Origin: an uncultured bacterium
GTDB taxonomy: Bacteria; Patescibacteriota; Minisyncoccia; Phycocordibacterales; GWA1-40-21
Reading direction: 5' to 3'
DNA: 64,000 nucleotides
NCBI GenBank assembly: GCA_903822075.1
Contig: CAIJNK010000011.1
Coordinates: 504 to 64,503 of the forward strand
The notes below the pieces were generated by a model. That model was not told the origin of the DNA. It did no database searches and worked only from the letters and a program-made list of their open reading frames with translations. Within the stretch, counting starts at the first letter, position 1, and every line of letters begins with the position of its first letter. Made by a program: the position numbers and the translations under genes. This document shows, one piece after another, positions 49,805-58,717 of the stretch.

Positions 49805-51528
49805 TTGCCACCTCCCGCCGGCGTGAACACTGATGCCTCCGTATCACCAACGGGAATGAGTTTGAACACGACACGCATGTTCGAGGCCCACTCTTGCTGA
49901 TTCTTTGGACGCACTGGCTCACCATTGACGAGACCCGTCTTCGGTTGCTCAAAGCCGTGACCAACCACCGCAAACTGCGACGGATCCATGACCACGGACT
50001 TGACCTTGCCATAACCAAGCAGACTTTCCCGAACTGCGATTGCTCGCGTCAGGGATAAGTTCTTGGCCGACTGGCGCAGACGGGTCAGGACGAGTTCCTG
50101 GGCACCGGCCGCTTTTTTATCCACATAGGACGTCGGGTCCGAATGTCCTTCGACAGTCAGAATCGCGCCGCCATACGTGGCTGCCAGCTCGATGGCCTTG
50201 TCAAACTCCACTTTGTAGAGGTCGGCATTGAAGGTGTTTTGGTTGGCGCCAAACAGTATTTCGAAACTGAAAATAGCACCATCGTCACCACCTTTCGTCT
50301 TCGCATCGATCACTTTGGCCACTTCAGCCGCCTGGAAACGCGGAGTTTCCACCGCCACCGTCTTGACGAGACCGTTTTTCAACGCCTCGTAATCAAAACC
50401 GGCTTTGGCAATATCCGCTTTCGCCGACATCAATCCAAGGCCAATGAAGGCTTCCTGGATCTCCGTCGACACGGTTTCCAAACGACGCACTTCCGTCGGC
50501 GTCGCGAAGAACTTGACGTTCCCCACAAAACCGGCGTACGTACAGTCGCCATACAGACCCAGAACATCATTCTTGGCTTGATCGCTATCGAGGATGATCT
50601 TACCGGACGCCGCGAGCGTTTTGTCATATTCCGCTTTCGCCGCTACCGGATCAGCCATCACCCGCGAGACGTTTTCTTCCGCCGCCAACAAGGCGTGGAC
50701 GAATTTCTGCACACTATCTTGGTGTGACCCGAGATAGTCCGCCCGAACAACGTAGACATCAAAGATGACGTTCTGCGCTACCTTGGTGGAAAACAGAATC
50801 CGCGCCCCTTTGGCCGAACCTTCCGATCCGTCACCCACTTTGCCACCGCTCGTCAGAGCATTGGCATCGGTGGAGATGACGAAACAGGCGTCCACTTTCT
50901 GATCATCAAGAAGTGCTTGGCCCGGAGTTTCCTTCGAACCAGTCAGATCCTTAACCCAGAGAACCTTCACGTCGGACATCTTCAACCCGGCGCTGTTAAG
51001 CACCGTGCCGAGAAATTCGACATGTGGACCATAAGCCTGCAAGGCAATGGTCTTCCCTTTCAGATCAGCGATCGTCGTAATCCCCGGTTTGACCACCAGG
51101 CAATCCCCACCAGTTGACCGGGTGAGATTGTAAACGACCACCGGCTTGGTCCGTGAATCTTTCGAAATCACTTCCAAGGCCATATTGATCTGACCGAGTG
51201 TTCCGCGCAGGTACGGCGTCTTGCCGCTGAGGAAACCCTCAACCTGTTTCGGGAAGTTGTCCTCGCGGACGATCTTCCATTTCAGCCCTTCTTTGTCGAA
51301 GAGACTGCCCGGCGCCGTATTCACCTGGTTGCCGTTCGCGTAGATTGTCGCGATATCGCCACCCCAAGTGATGATCCGGAGTTCTTGCACTCCACTTTCG
51401 GGCACTGGACCCACGGCTGTCCTTACGACTTCCGCGAGCGAAGGCGACTGCACATACTGCACCGCCTTGACCGACAAAGCTATGAGGCTTGCCGACAACA
51501 CCAAACATGCGATCTTCAGACTTTTCAT
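49801..51528 (-). CDS. OmpA-domain protein with N-terminal periplasmic-binding-protein-like domains (paralogous architecture to 47355..48926)
   Basis: Start set to ATG after AAAGGAG (MKSLKIACLVLSASLIALS); track ORF starts at 51585. Signal peptide, two PBP-like halves, C-terminal OmpA-like segment (LTVEGHSD...AGAQELVLTRLRQSAKNLSLTRA). Stop overlaps the vWA start (ATGA). Confidence 0.55.
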   Translation of the reverse strand: MKSLKIACLVLSASLIALSVKAVQYVQSPSLAEVVRTAVGPVPESGVQELRIITWGGDIATIYANGNQVNTAPGSLFDKEGLKWKIVREDNFPKQVEGFLSGKTPYLRGTLGQINMALEVISKDSRTKPVVVYNLTRSTGGDCLVVKPGITTIADLKGKTIALQAYGPHVEFLGTVLNSAGLKMSDVKVLWVKDLTGSKETPGQALLDDQKVDACFVISTDANALTSGGKVGDGSEGSAKGARILFSTKVAQNVIFDVYVVRADYLGSHQDSVQKFVHALLAAEENVSRVMADPVAAKAEYDKTLAASGKIILDSDQAKNDVLGLYGDCTYAGFVGNVKFFATPTEVRRLETVSTEIQEAFIGLGLMSAKADIAKAGFDYEALKNGLVKTVAVETPRFQAAEVAKVIDAKTKGGDDGAIFSFEILFGANQNTFNADLYKVEFDKAIELAATYGGAILTVEGHSDPTSYVDKKAAGAQELVLTRLRQSAKNLSLTRAIAVRESLLGYGKVKSVVMDPSQFAVVGHGFEQPKTGLVNGEPVRPKNQQEWASNMRVVFKLIPVGDTEASVFTPAGGGK

Positions 51529-51686
51529 TCCGACTCCTTTTTCTCTGTTTCTATTTCGAACGTTTTTCCGACTTGCGTTACTCAAATTTATCTCCTAATC
51601 CCGACCGCTATTTGAGAAACACCTCCTTCTTACTATATTCTATGATTTGGCTATCAAAGAACGTTGATTTATTAATCTGTTAGATA

Positions 51687-51715
51687 GTATACACGAAATA
51701 TAAATATTGTCAAGT
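51687..51715 (-). promoter_or_regulatory. sigma70-like promoter for the PBP-OmpA/vWA operon
   Basis: Minus strand TTGACAATATTTATATTTCGTGTATACT; about 26/28 identical to 45440..45467. Confidence 0.5.
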
Positions 51716-51761
51716 CATTATCATAATGTATAAAAAACACTTTGGTAAACTTTAAAACAAG

Positions 51762-51796
51762 TCAAAAGGGCTGCGACATTGTTTCAGTCGCAGCCC
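51762..51796 (-). terminator. intrinsic terminator after 51837..52643
   Basis: GGGCTGCGAC-ATTGTTTCA-GTCGCAGCCC with A-run before it on the plus strand. Confidence 0.55.
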
Positions 51797-51836
51797 TTCC
51801 CTCTTTCTTCTTTGTGCTTTTCTCCCGGTCTTCCGG

Positions 51837-52643
51837 TTAGAGGTCGAGATTAACCCCTGTCGTGAAGGCAATAGCCTTGCCTCTTGAATCATCATCAGCC
51901 GTGGCGGTGAGCGGTGCTATCCCCAGAACATCAATGACGTTCCAGGTCAGCTTTTTCGTGACTTTGACCTTGGCGCCAAAGTCCAACTGCCCTGACAGCA
52001 ACGCACCATATGGAGCCATTGCGTCGTCCCACTGAAGCCCAATCTTCTCGTAGGCTGTCAACCGCGGACTAAGCGTACACTCAGCATTCACGCTCGGCAT
52101 GATTGTGATCATACCACCTTCAATGTTTCGAATGTCGTGCCAATACTCCATTCGAACTTCGGCCGTGACCGCAACTGGCGCCCCTGCAAAAACCTGACCG
52201 AACAGACGCTTGGTATCAATTGTCCGGCCAAAAAATACATCGTAGGCCAGGGCATCGTTACCATTCATCACGCCAACCGGTAGGCAGTTCCAGTACGCCA
52301 CACGCAGCTTCAGGTAGTAATCTGACGGTAACACAAACGTTTTCCACAAATAAGCATCGAACTCGTCGACACCCTTGTTGTCCGCATCTGCGTCCGCCAA
52401 ATCCACGTACTCATCCACTTCGGCCATGAACCCCGCCGGCAAATTCAAACCACCGTCGAGATAAATGTACGGTTTATTGTAATACATCTGACTCGTGATC
52501 GGAGAGATTGCCTCCGACGAAACCGAAGCGGCCACATAGCCACTGGGCGTCCAACCTTGATCAACAACCGTAACTCCCGCCTGCGACCAAAGTCCGCCCA
52601 GAACCGCCAACGTTACCATTACCGCTATCAATGTACTCTTCAC
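51837..52643 (-). CDS. secreted beta-rich protein, putative outer-membrane beta-barrel (paralog of 58718..59503)
   Basis: 268 aa; signal peptide; alternating amphipathic pattern. Shared blocks with the paralog (GNGNDALAYDVFFGR; EVRMEYWHD; MAPYGALLSGQLDFG). Confidence 0.45.
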   Translation of the reverse strand: MKSTLIAVMVTLAVLGGLWSQAGVTVVDQGWTPSGYVAASVSSEAISPITSQMYYNKPYIYLDGGLNLPAGFMAEVDEYVDLADADADNKGVDEFDAYLWKTFVLPSDYYLKLRVAYWNCLPVGVMNGNDALAYDVFFGRTIDTKRLFGQVFAGAPVAVTAEVRMEYWHDIRNIEGGMITIMPSVNAECTLSPRLTAYEKIGLQWDDAMAPYGALLSGQLDFGAKVKVTKKLTWNVIDVLGIAPLTATADDDSRGKAIAFTTGVNLDL

Positions 52644-52711
52644 GTTTCCTTCTCCTTCTGTGGGATCACCACACTAGTTACTTCCTGGACAACCTTTGTC
52701 CATCTGCCACA

Positions 52712-52742
52712 AGTGTAGCATACTTGATGGTAAAAGTCAAGC
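52712..52742 (-). promoter_or_regulatory. sigma70-like promoter (TTGACTTTT-N-ATGCTACACT) for 51837..52643
   Basis: Minus strand TTGACTTTTACCATCAAGTATGCTACACT. Confidence 0.5.
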
Positions 52743-52765
52743 AAAATAATATATAAAATACCCAT

Positions 52766-52798
52766 AAAAAAACAGGTAGAGATTGCTCTCTACCTGTG
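52766..52798 (-). terminator. intrinsic terminator after 52821..53765
   Basis: AAAAAAACAGGTAGAGATTGCTCTCTACCTG; the stem is nearly the same as the fucI terminator (GGTAGAGATTACTCTCTACC). Confidence 0.55.
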
Positions 52799-52820
52799 CA
52801 CTTAACTGCAACATCGCCGC

Positions 52821-53765
52821 TTACATCTGCTCGAGTAGTTCACCCAGATCCCGAATGGCCAACCCCAAAATGGCGAGCTTCTGGTTCAACGGATTGTCTT
52901 CCGCCGGAGGGACACGGACTACTGCCCAGTCATTCCGGATGGAAAAGTTCCCCTCCTTGGCGGTTTGCGGAATTTCTTCCGCCACCCCGGACCAGAGCAG
53001 ACAATTCATTTGTTCGTAGAGTCTCTCCAGGTACTTCATGTTGTTCGCCACCTCTTGAACATCTTCCAAACTGCCCTGTCCCCCGGGAAGCATGATACCT
53101 TGGTTCACCTCATAGTAATCGAGAAGAGCAGCCTTCAACTTCCGGCAGATCAAGTACAAGGCCTTGAGAGTCGGGCTGGTGATTTTCCCGACAATGCTTT
53201 CTTCGGCTTTTTCATCGATCGGCGGCATTTCCAAACCGTCAAAGGACAGCTCCTTCTCGTCCCTGATCGCAAAAGCCTGCCTGACATCGGAAAAAAGAGT
53301 ATTCGCCGGATGTTCGATCTCCGGGAAAGGCCGATCAACCAGCCCTTTGGCTTTGTAACAGATGATCTGCCACCCAGCCCTCATTGCGGCGCCGGCCGGA
53401 ACAAAATACTCCGCTCCGGTTTGAAAGAGGGTGGTGAAGATACCCGCCGCGTCTGACAACGCCTCAATTCTCGTCTCATGCACCAGGCAATCCTGCTTGG
53501 TTTTGCACTCGTGCATAAGGTGCGCCGCCAGATGAGTTCTTGCGGCCAAATCCTGCTGGACCAAAAGGTCATATGCTCGGGAAAAGAAAGCCCGAACGAC
53601 GGGATCATTCAAAGTCCCCAGAACTCTCTCCTTCTTCGGGTTGAACGGTATCTGCGGTTCCTGGGTTGCCGTTATACTTCCGGCAAAAACCTGTCCCACC
53701 TGGGTAAAGATTCCCGCCTCAACAACCTTACTCGCGGCACCGTCTTTCACTACTGGCTCGGTCAT
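52821..53765 (-). CDS. hypothetical protein
   Basis: 314 aa; high GC; no recognisable motifs; cytoplasmic by composition. Confidence 0.35.
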   Translation of the reverse strand: MTEPVVKDGAASKVVEAGIFTQVGQVFAGSITATQEPQIPFNPKKERVLGTLNDPVVRAFFSRAYDLLVQQDLAARTHLAAHLMHECKTKQDCLVHETRIEALSDAAGIFTTLFQTGAEYFVPAGAAMRAGWQIICYKAKGLVDRPFPEIEHPANTLFSDVRQAFAIRDEKELSFDGLEMPPIDEKAEESIVGKITSPTLKALYLICRKLKAALLDYYEVNQGIMLPGGQGSLEDVQEVANNMKYLERLYEQMNCLLWSGVAEEIPQTAKEGNFSIRNDWAVVRVPPAEDNPLNQKLAILGLAIRDLGELLEQM

Positions 53766-53875
53766 ACGCTGACTCCTTATTCTGTTATGTTCCTTTAGTT
53801 ACACCCAAACAGCTCTATCTGCTTGGATCCTGGACTGGACAATATACAAAAATATGACTTTTGTCAATAGAAAAA

Positions 53876-55564
53876 TTACAGTCCTTTCTTTTTCAAAAAA
53901 AGGCGAACCAAGCGTAATTCTTCAAAGGTAAACTGGCCACCAACTTTTTCTAAAAACTTCATTACCGGTGATAGACGTAATTCCCTATTATCACCGTAAG
54001 TGTCAGTGAAAGCTTTATATATTTTCTTGAATTTATTGAGCGATATTTCATTTTCCAAACCGCGGATATCCAGTGCCGAATCCTCGGTCAAAAGTTTCTC
54101 CAAGTGATCGAGCACCGTACCAATTTTTGTGCCCTTGGCAGCAGCAATTTCATTTAAGTTTAATCCCGCCTCCAAATATTTCCTCGTTTCTTCAAAAGTG
54201 GAGATTTTCGCTTTCTTTACTCGACCACTGGCGGTTCTCTCCGGTGAAATTTTTTCCAAAAACTTTTTTTGCTTTTCTTTTTTCTCGGCATCAGACAAAG
54301 AGAGCATCTCGGCCAAATGTTTGTTGGAAATAATTTTTATTTCTTCGTCAAAATCCAAAACTTCACCCCGGACTTGAGTGGCCATCTCATTCAGACCGAG
54401 CAAAGTAAGACCATCCAAAGACCGGACGCGAGACAGCGCCACATAGCCCATGCCCTTTTCAAAAGATTTTGATAAGTCCACTTCTATCGCATCGAGGCTC
54501 ATGCCCTGGCTTTTATGCACAGTAATCGCCCAAGCCAAACGCAGAGGATACTGGCCAATACTGGCTTTTGGCTTACCCTCTTCCTCAATGATCCAACTGG
54601 CGGGTTTGACATGAATAAGTTTGCCGTAGGAAGTCCGGACAATCGGACCATCCTGATCAAAACCCTCGACCTTACCCAAAGTGCCATTAACAAAGCCCTC
54701 TTCAAAATTATTTTTGACAAACATCACTTTAGCTCCCGCCTTTAACCGCAAAATTTCCGGGGCCAAACAACTTTTTACCAAAGAATCCACAAGCGGTTTT
54801 CGACCCTTACTCTCCATCGAAAATTCCCTTTGCTGACCATGGAGTTTTTGAAGTTCTCTTTGGTTTACAATATCCACGTCAATATTGTGAGTATACAAAC
54901 GAGTAGGCTCCAATCCTTGAAAAGTTTTTTTATCCTGCCGGTCAGTCAGATGTTTCAGCCCTTCACTCGATAATTTGTTCCGGCGAATCTCATTCAAAAC
55001 TTTTAGAAAAGCCGAGTCCGTCTGACGATGCTGCTCCTCCAGATAACAAATTTTAAAATCAGCCTCCTTCCAAATTTCCGCTTCATAAGCAAACTGGGCC
55101 AGCGGTTCGCCACTTCGGGCAATAGGCGGCAGCTGAAAAAAATCCCCGCAAAGGATCACTTGTATCCCACCAAAAGGCAACAAACTGTTTCTCATATACT
55201 GACAAATTTTATTTATCAAATCCAGACGGAAATGATGGAGCATGGAGACTTCGTCAATCACCAAGACTTGCGTGCGGTCAAAACGATCCCGCAAATATTT
55301 CCGCGTTTTTAATTCTTCCAGATCAAATTTGGTCAAAGAATCTTTGATCCCCATCCCAGTCCAGGAATGGATGGTGGTGCCGCCCATGTGCGTGGCCGCA
55401 ATCCCAGTGCTCGCCGTAATACCCACGTCCACGTAATTATCTTTCAAAAAATTAATATACCGGTTCAACAAGTGCGTCTTGCCACTGCCGGCCGGACCGG
55501 TCAAAAAAACATTGTGTCCAAGCTTTAGAATATTCAAGGCTTCATCTTGTGTCATGTCCCTCAT
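53876..55564 (-). CDS. Pif1/RecD-family ATP-dependent DNA helicase with C-terminal HTH-like tail
   Basis: 562 aa; Walker A LTGPAGSGKTHLL, Walker B LVIDEVSML, motif AITVHKSQGMSLD, C-terminal helical region. Lower GC than the island. Confidence 0.8.
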   Translation of the reverse strand: MRDMTQDEALNILKLGHNVFLTGPAGSGKTHLLNRYINFLKDNYVDVGITASTGIAATHMGGTTIHSWTGMGIKDSLTKFDLEELKTRKYLRDRFDRTQVLVIDEVSMLHHFRLDLINKICQYMRNSLLPFGGIQVILCGDFFQLPPIARSGEPLAQFAYEAEIWKEADFKICYLEEQHRQTDSAFLKVLNEIRRNKLSSEGLKHLTDRQDKKTFQGLEPTRLYTHNIDVDIVNQRELQKLHGQQREFSMESKGRKPLVDSLVKSCLAPEILRLKAGAKVMFVKNNFEEGFVNGTLGKVEGFDQDGPIVRTSYGKLIHVKPASWIIEEEGKPKASIGQYPLRLAWAITVHKSQGMSLDAIEVDLSKSFEKGMGYVALSRVRSLDGLTLLGLNEMATQVRGEVLDFDEEIKIISNKHLAEMLSLSDAEKKEKQKKFLEKISPERTASGRVKKAKISTFEETRKYLEAGLNLNEIAAAKGTKIGTVLDHLEKLLTEDSALDIRGLENEISLNKFKKIYKAFTDTYGDNRELRLSPVMKFLEKVGGQFTFEELRLVRLFLKKKGL

Positions 55565-55667
55565 TCTAGCATAGAAAAATTATAATATTCTCTCACTTGA
55601 CAAAAAAGAAGTATTCGTGTAGAATTTAGTGAGTTAGAGAAGTACAAAAAACCATGAGGAGCAATAA

Positions 55668-56066
55668 ATGAAGATCAGGATTGACGTGATTTTGGACCCG
55701 CACCAGACAAATCTGTTTTCTTCCGGCGAGCGCGTGGATGCATTTCTTCAGAATGAAGTGGCGCCTATCGTGAGAAGAGAGTTTGAAACCACGAAGACTG
55801 CCGGCCGGGTAGACATCGGTTTGAATATCGTTGGCACGGTCAAGACGATCGGGATGTCAGACATTCAGATTGTCGTCTACTACTCAACGATGGGCTTACC
55901 GGATCTTTGGGTTAGCCTGCGCGAGTCGATAAAGAGGCAGATCGGGGTAGTATTCAATCAGACTCGTTGCTTCGAGCGTTCGTCCCCTCTTTTAACCCTC
56001 TCGGTAGACTGTCTGGCGGAACAAGGTGAAGGTCCCATGACCTTCACCCACGCCCCCATTCGGTGA
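55668..56066 (+). CDS. hypothetical protein
   Basis: 132 aa; preceded by a consensus promoter (TTGACA-17-TAGAAT) and SD GAGGAG. Confidence 0.3.
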   Translation: MKIRIDVILDPHQTNLFSSGERVDAFLQNEVAPIVRREFETTKTAGRVDIGLNIVGTVKTIGMSDIQIVVYYSTMGLPDLWVSLRESIKRQIGVVFNQTRCFERSSPLLTLSVDCLAEQGEGPMTFTHAPIR

Positions 56067-56153
56067 AATATCGACAAGGTTAGCCCGACAGATCGCACTC
56101 GCGACTGTCGGGCTATATTATTATTTACTGAAATTTTGTGCTAACATTTACAC

Positions 56154-56399
56154 ATGATTAATTATCAAGATCAAATGGGAACAATAGAAAATCAAATAAA
56201 TAGTCCGGAAGATATTCAACGAGTGACCCTGGCACGTGGTGAAGCAGAGACCAATTTAGGTGTCATGGGAAATAATGACAGTGAGAGAGACCGCATAGAA
56301 ATGATTTGGCAGAATTTTGAAAGTAGAAAGATTAATGCCGATAAAGCAATTGAGGATTTGAATCTGGTTTGGCGTTCCAAGCAAATGGGGGCAATGTAA
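56154..56399 (+). CDS. hypothetical small protein
   Basis: 81 aa, acidic; followed by a bidirectional terminator. Confidence 0.25.
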   Translation: MINYQDQMGTIENQINSPEDIQRVTLARGEAETNLGVMGNNDSERDRIEMIWQNFESRKINADKAIEDLNLVWRSKQMGAM

Positions 56400-56422
56400 T
56401 TTCTAAAACCCAAACAAACAAA

Positions 56423-56444
56423 AACCGTTCATAGCAGAACGGTT
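56423..56444. terminator. bidirectional intrinsic terminator
   Basis: AACCGTTC-ATAGCA-GAACGGTT flanked by A-rich (5') and T-rich (3') runs; serves the convergent genes 56154..56399 and 56460..57029. Confidence 0.5.
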
Positions 56445-56459
56445 TCTGCGTTTGAACGG

Positions 56460-57029
56460 TTAGATTAGAGACATACCCATGTAATCGTGTTGGCCGACTT
56501 TCTTGCACTGCGCATCTTCAATGTACTCATGCCCATAGAAGTCAGAAAAGTCCGCGGTTTCTCCAAGGTTGAAATAAACGAATAACTTCTCTGACTTAAC
56601 CCGGAAAGGACCGCGTCCGCCACGGAACAGTTTACTCTGGTAAGCCTTGCAAAGGACTTCCTTCAGGAACGGAATCACTTCCTTCGGATATGACCCCTGG
56701 TAGGACATCCGCCAGACCGGCAGCCAGCCAGACCAAGATTCAAGTTTGAAGAAAATGGTTGTGGTCCCGGCCGAAGCGTCCGACTGACCGTTGGTCACCA
56801 GCCATTCGTCCACCATCTTGAAGTGGCCAATCCACATGGACACCGTTTTGCGCCACCGGGTCTTGGTCACTTTGACCCTCGTGCCGGTCGGTGACTTCCG
56901 GCGCTTTCCGCCGGCATAACCCAAGAGCATGCCCATAAAAAACACTTCTTGGGCACCGATTAAGATGGCTTTCCTCTCTGTGCCATCTAGGATCTTCATT
57001 CCCGCCTTAGCCTTTTTTGTCTTCTTCAT
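56460..57029 (-). CDS. hypothetical protein
   Basis: 189 aa; basic N-terminus, no recognisable domain. Confidence 0.3.
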   Translation of the reverse strand: MKKTKKAKAGMKILDGTERKAILIGAQEVFFMGMLLGYAGGKRRKSPTGTRVKVTKTRWRKTVSMWIGHFKMVDEWLVTNGQSDASAGTTTIFFKLESWSGWLPVWRMSYQGSYPKEVIPFLKEVLCKAYQSKLFRGGRGPFRVKSEKLFVYFNLGETADFSDFYGHEYIEDAQCKKVGQHDYMGMSLI

Positions 57030-57149
57030 GTCTTCCCCTCTTTTGTGTTTGCCTCAAATACCAAATCTGCTTATCTATTCAAATACTACTCATTTTTAGC
57101 ATATATGTCAAGCCGAGTAAGGCATCTGAATTTTGTGTATAATGTTCAC

Positions 57150-57866
57150 ATGAAATACGAAAATAAAGATTTGTTGGATTTATATAAGTTAAAAGCCGAG
57201 GAGCATTGGCATACGATGTTTAACCCAATGTTGAAATATTTGGGTAACCTTGAAGGTAAAAGGATTTTAGATATCGGTTGTGGATCAGGCGAGCTTACAA
57301 ACAAAATGGCCGAAACCGCAGGGCAAGTTACTGGTCTGGATTTATCACCTAAATGGATTGAGTATTGTAAAATTAGTTACCAAAGGAAAAATCTCTCTTT
57401 TGTCCAAGGTAGTGCCACTGACCTAAAAATGTTTCCGGATGACTATTTTGACATTATAATAATGAACCTGGTTTTGCCAAATATTTATAAAGTAGCCGAC
57501 ATGGAAAAGATATTTTTAGAAATTAAAAGAGTGACAAGAATATCTGGCGAGTTTATTTTTAGTGATGTTCACCCAATTTTGAAAATGACCAAAAAAGAAG
57601 GGGCACGCAGGCAAGAATATTCCAAAGGTTTCTCTTATTTCAAGGAGGGTTCAAAGCTTTCTGTTATTGTTGCCTTGCCAAATAAAAAGGAAATAGAGTT
57701 CGAAGACGCACACTGGTCTCTTTCTTTTTACTCAGACTTAATTGAGAAATATGGCTTTGGCCTTGTTAAAATAATCGAATCCAATTACCCTAAAAACGCT
57801 CCCAAAAAGTTTTTCCGTTATTCCTTCCCCGAATATATCACCTTTTGTTGCAAGAAATTAAAATGA
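57150..57866 (+). CDS. class I SAM-dependent methyltransferase
   Basis: Motif I ILDIGCGSGELT, acidic post-I (LDLS), motif II DIIIMNLVL. Start set to MKYENK immediately downstream of an extended -10 (TGTGTATAAT), possibly leaderless; the track ORF starts at 57045. About 35% GC. Confidence 0.6.
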   Translation: MKYENKDLLDLYKLKAEEHWHTMFNPMLKYLGNLEGKRILDIGCGSGELTNKMAETAGQVTGLDLSPKWIEYCKISYQRKNLSFVQGSATDLKMFPDDYFDIIIMNLVLPNIYKVADMEKIFLEIKRVTRISGEFIFSDVHPILKMTKKEGARRQEYSKGFSYFKEGSKLSVIVALPNKKEIEFEDAHWSLSFYSDLIEKYGFGLVKIIESNYPKNAPKKFFRYSFPEYITFCCKKLK

Positions 57867-57893
57867 TCGTTGAGTTTTTTCCAAAGGAATAAT

Positions 57894-58598
57894 CTATTTC
57901 AAACGTATTTCATAAATAGAAACAGGACCTTTTTGTATGCCTGCAGTCACTTTTAGATTGAATCTCTCTGAAACAATATAGCCATGTTTTGGAGCCTGAA
58001 CGGCAGGATTATTAACCGGCCCGGCCAAATGAAAATAATTCATTATTATGACTCCATCCTTATTAAGGAATTTTTTGACATCTTCAAAAAATCTATGAAT
58101 CAGACTTCCACGTTTAATTATTGAAAAATCTACAGAAAGCTGTTCGCTCATTGGTCCGTCAGAAAAGAATTGATGATTAAAAACGATGACGTCAAACTTT
58201 TGCGACTTAATATTCACAAATAAATCGCTTTCAACCACTTTGATCTTTTTTGAGAGTTCGTAATTATTAATATTTAAATTTGTATTTTTTACAGCCACAC
58301 CATCGACATCAGAGCAAATTACCTTCTTGGCTCCGCACAGGGCCATAACAACGCCCAGAATTCCTGTTCCACAGCCGACATCAATCACCGATTTATTTTT
58401 GTATAGTCCATTATTCAAGCAAAGCCACTGCGCCAATTGCAAGGAAGACATTATTTCCGGCCTCAGAATATTAGCAGACACCAAGAAATTTTTTAAAACA
58501 AGACCGCCGGCAATTTCAATATCAGTTTTGTATTCCGAATGGCCGTGAGCCTTAAGTTGTAAAGCGACCTGCGTCTTCTGTTGAGGATTTAATTTCAT
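57894..58598 (-). CDS. class I SAM-dependent methyltransferase (small-domain MTase family)
   Basis: 234 aa; motif I VIDVGCGTGILGVV, DVD acidic loop. Low GC. Confidence 0.6.
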   Translation of the reverse strand: MKLNPQQKTQVALQLKAHGHSEYKTDIEIAGGLVLKNFLVSANILRPEIMSSLQLAQWLCLNNGLYKNKSVIDVGCGTGILGVVMALCGAKKVICSDVDGVAVKNTNLNINNYELSKKIKVVESDLFVNIKSQKFDVIVFNHQFFSDGPMSEQLSVDFSIIKRGSLIHRFFEDVKKFLNKDGVIIMNYFHLAGPVNNPAVQAPKHGYIVSERFNLKVTAGIQKGPVSIYEIRLK

Positions 58599-58717
58599 AT
58601 ATTCATAAGCATAACAAAAAAAATAAGCAGTTAAAAGAGCCGCAACGTTTCCGTTGCGGCCCAGTCCTTTCGATATACTTACTTCTTTGTGCTTTTTACT
58701 TCTTCAGGATCACCTGA

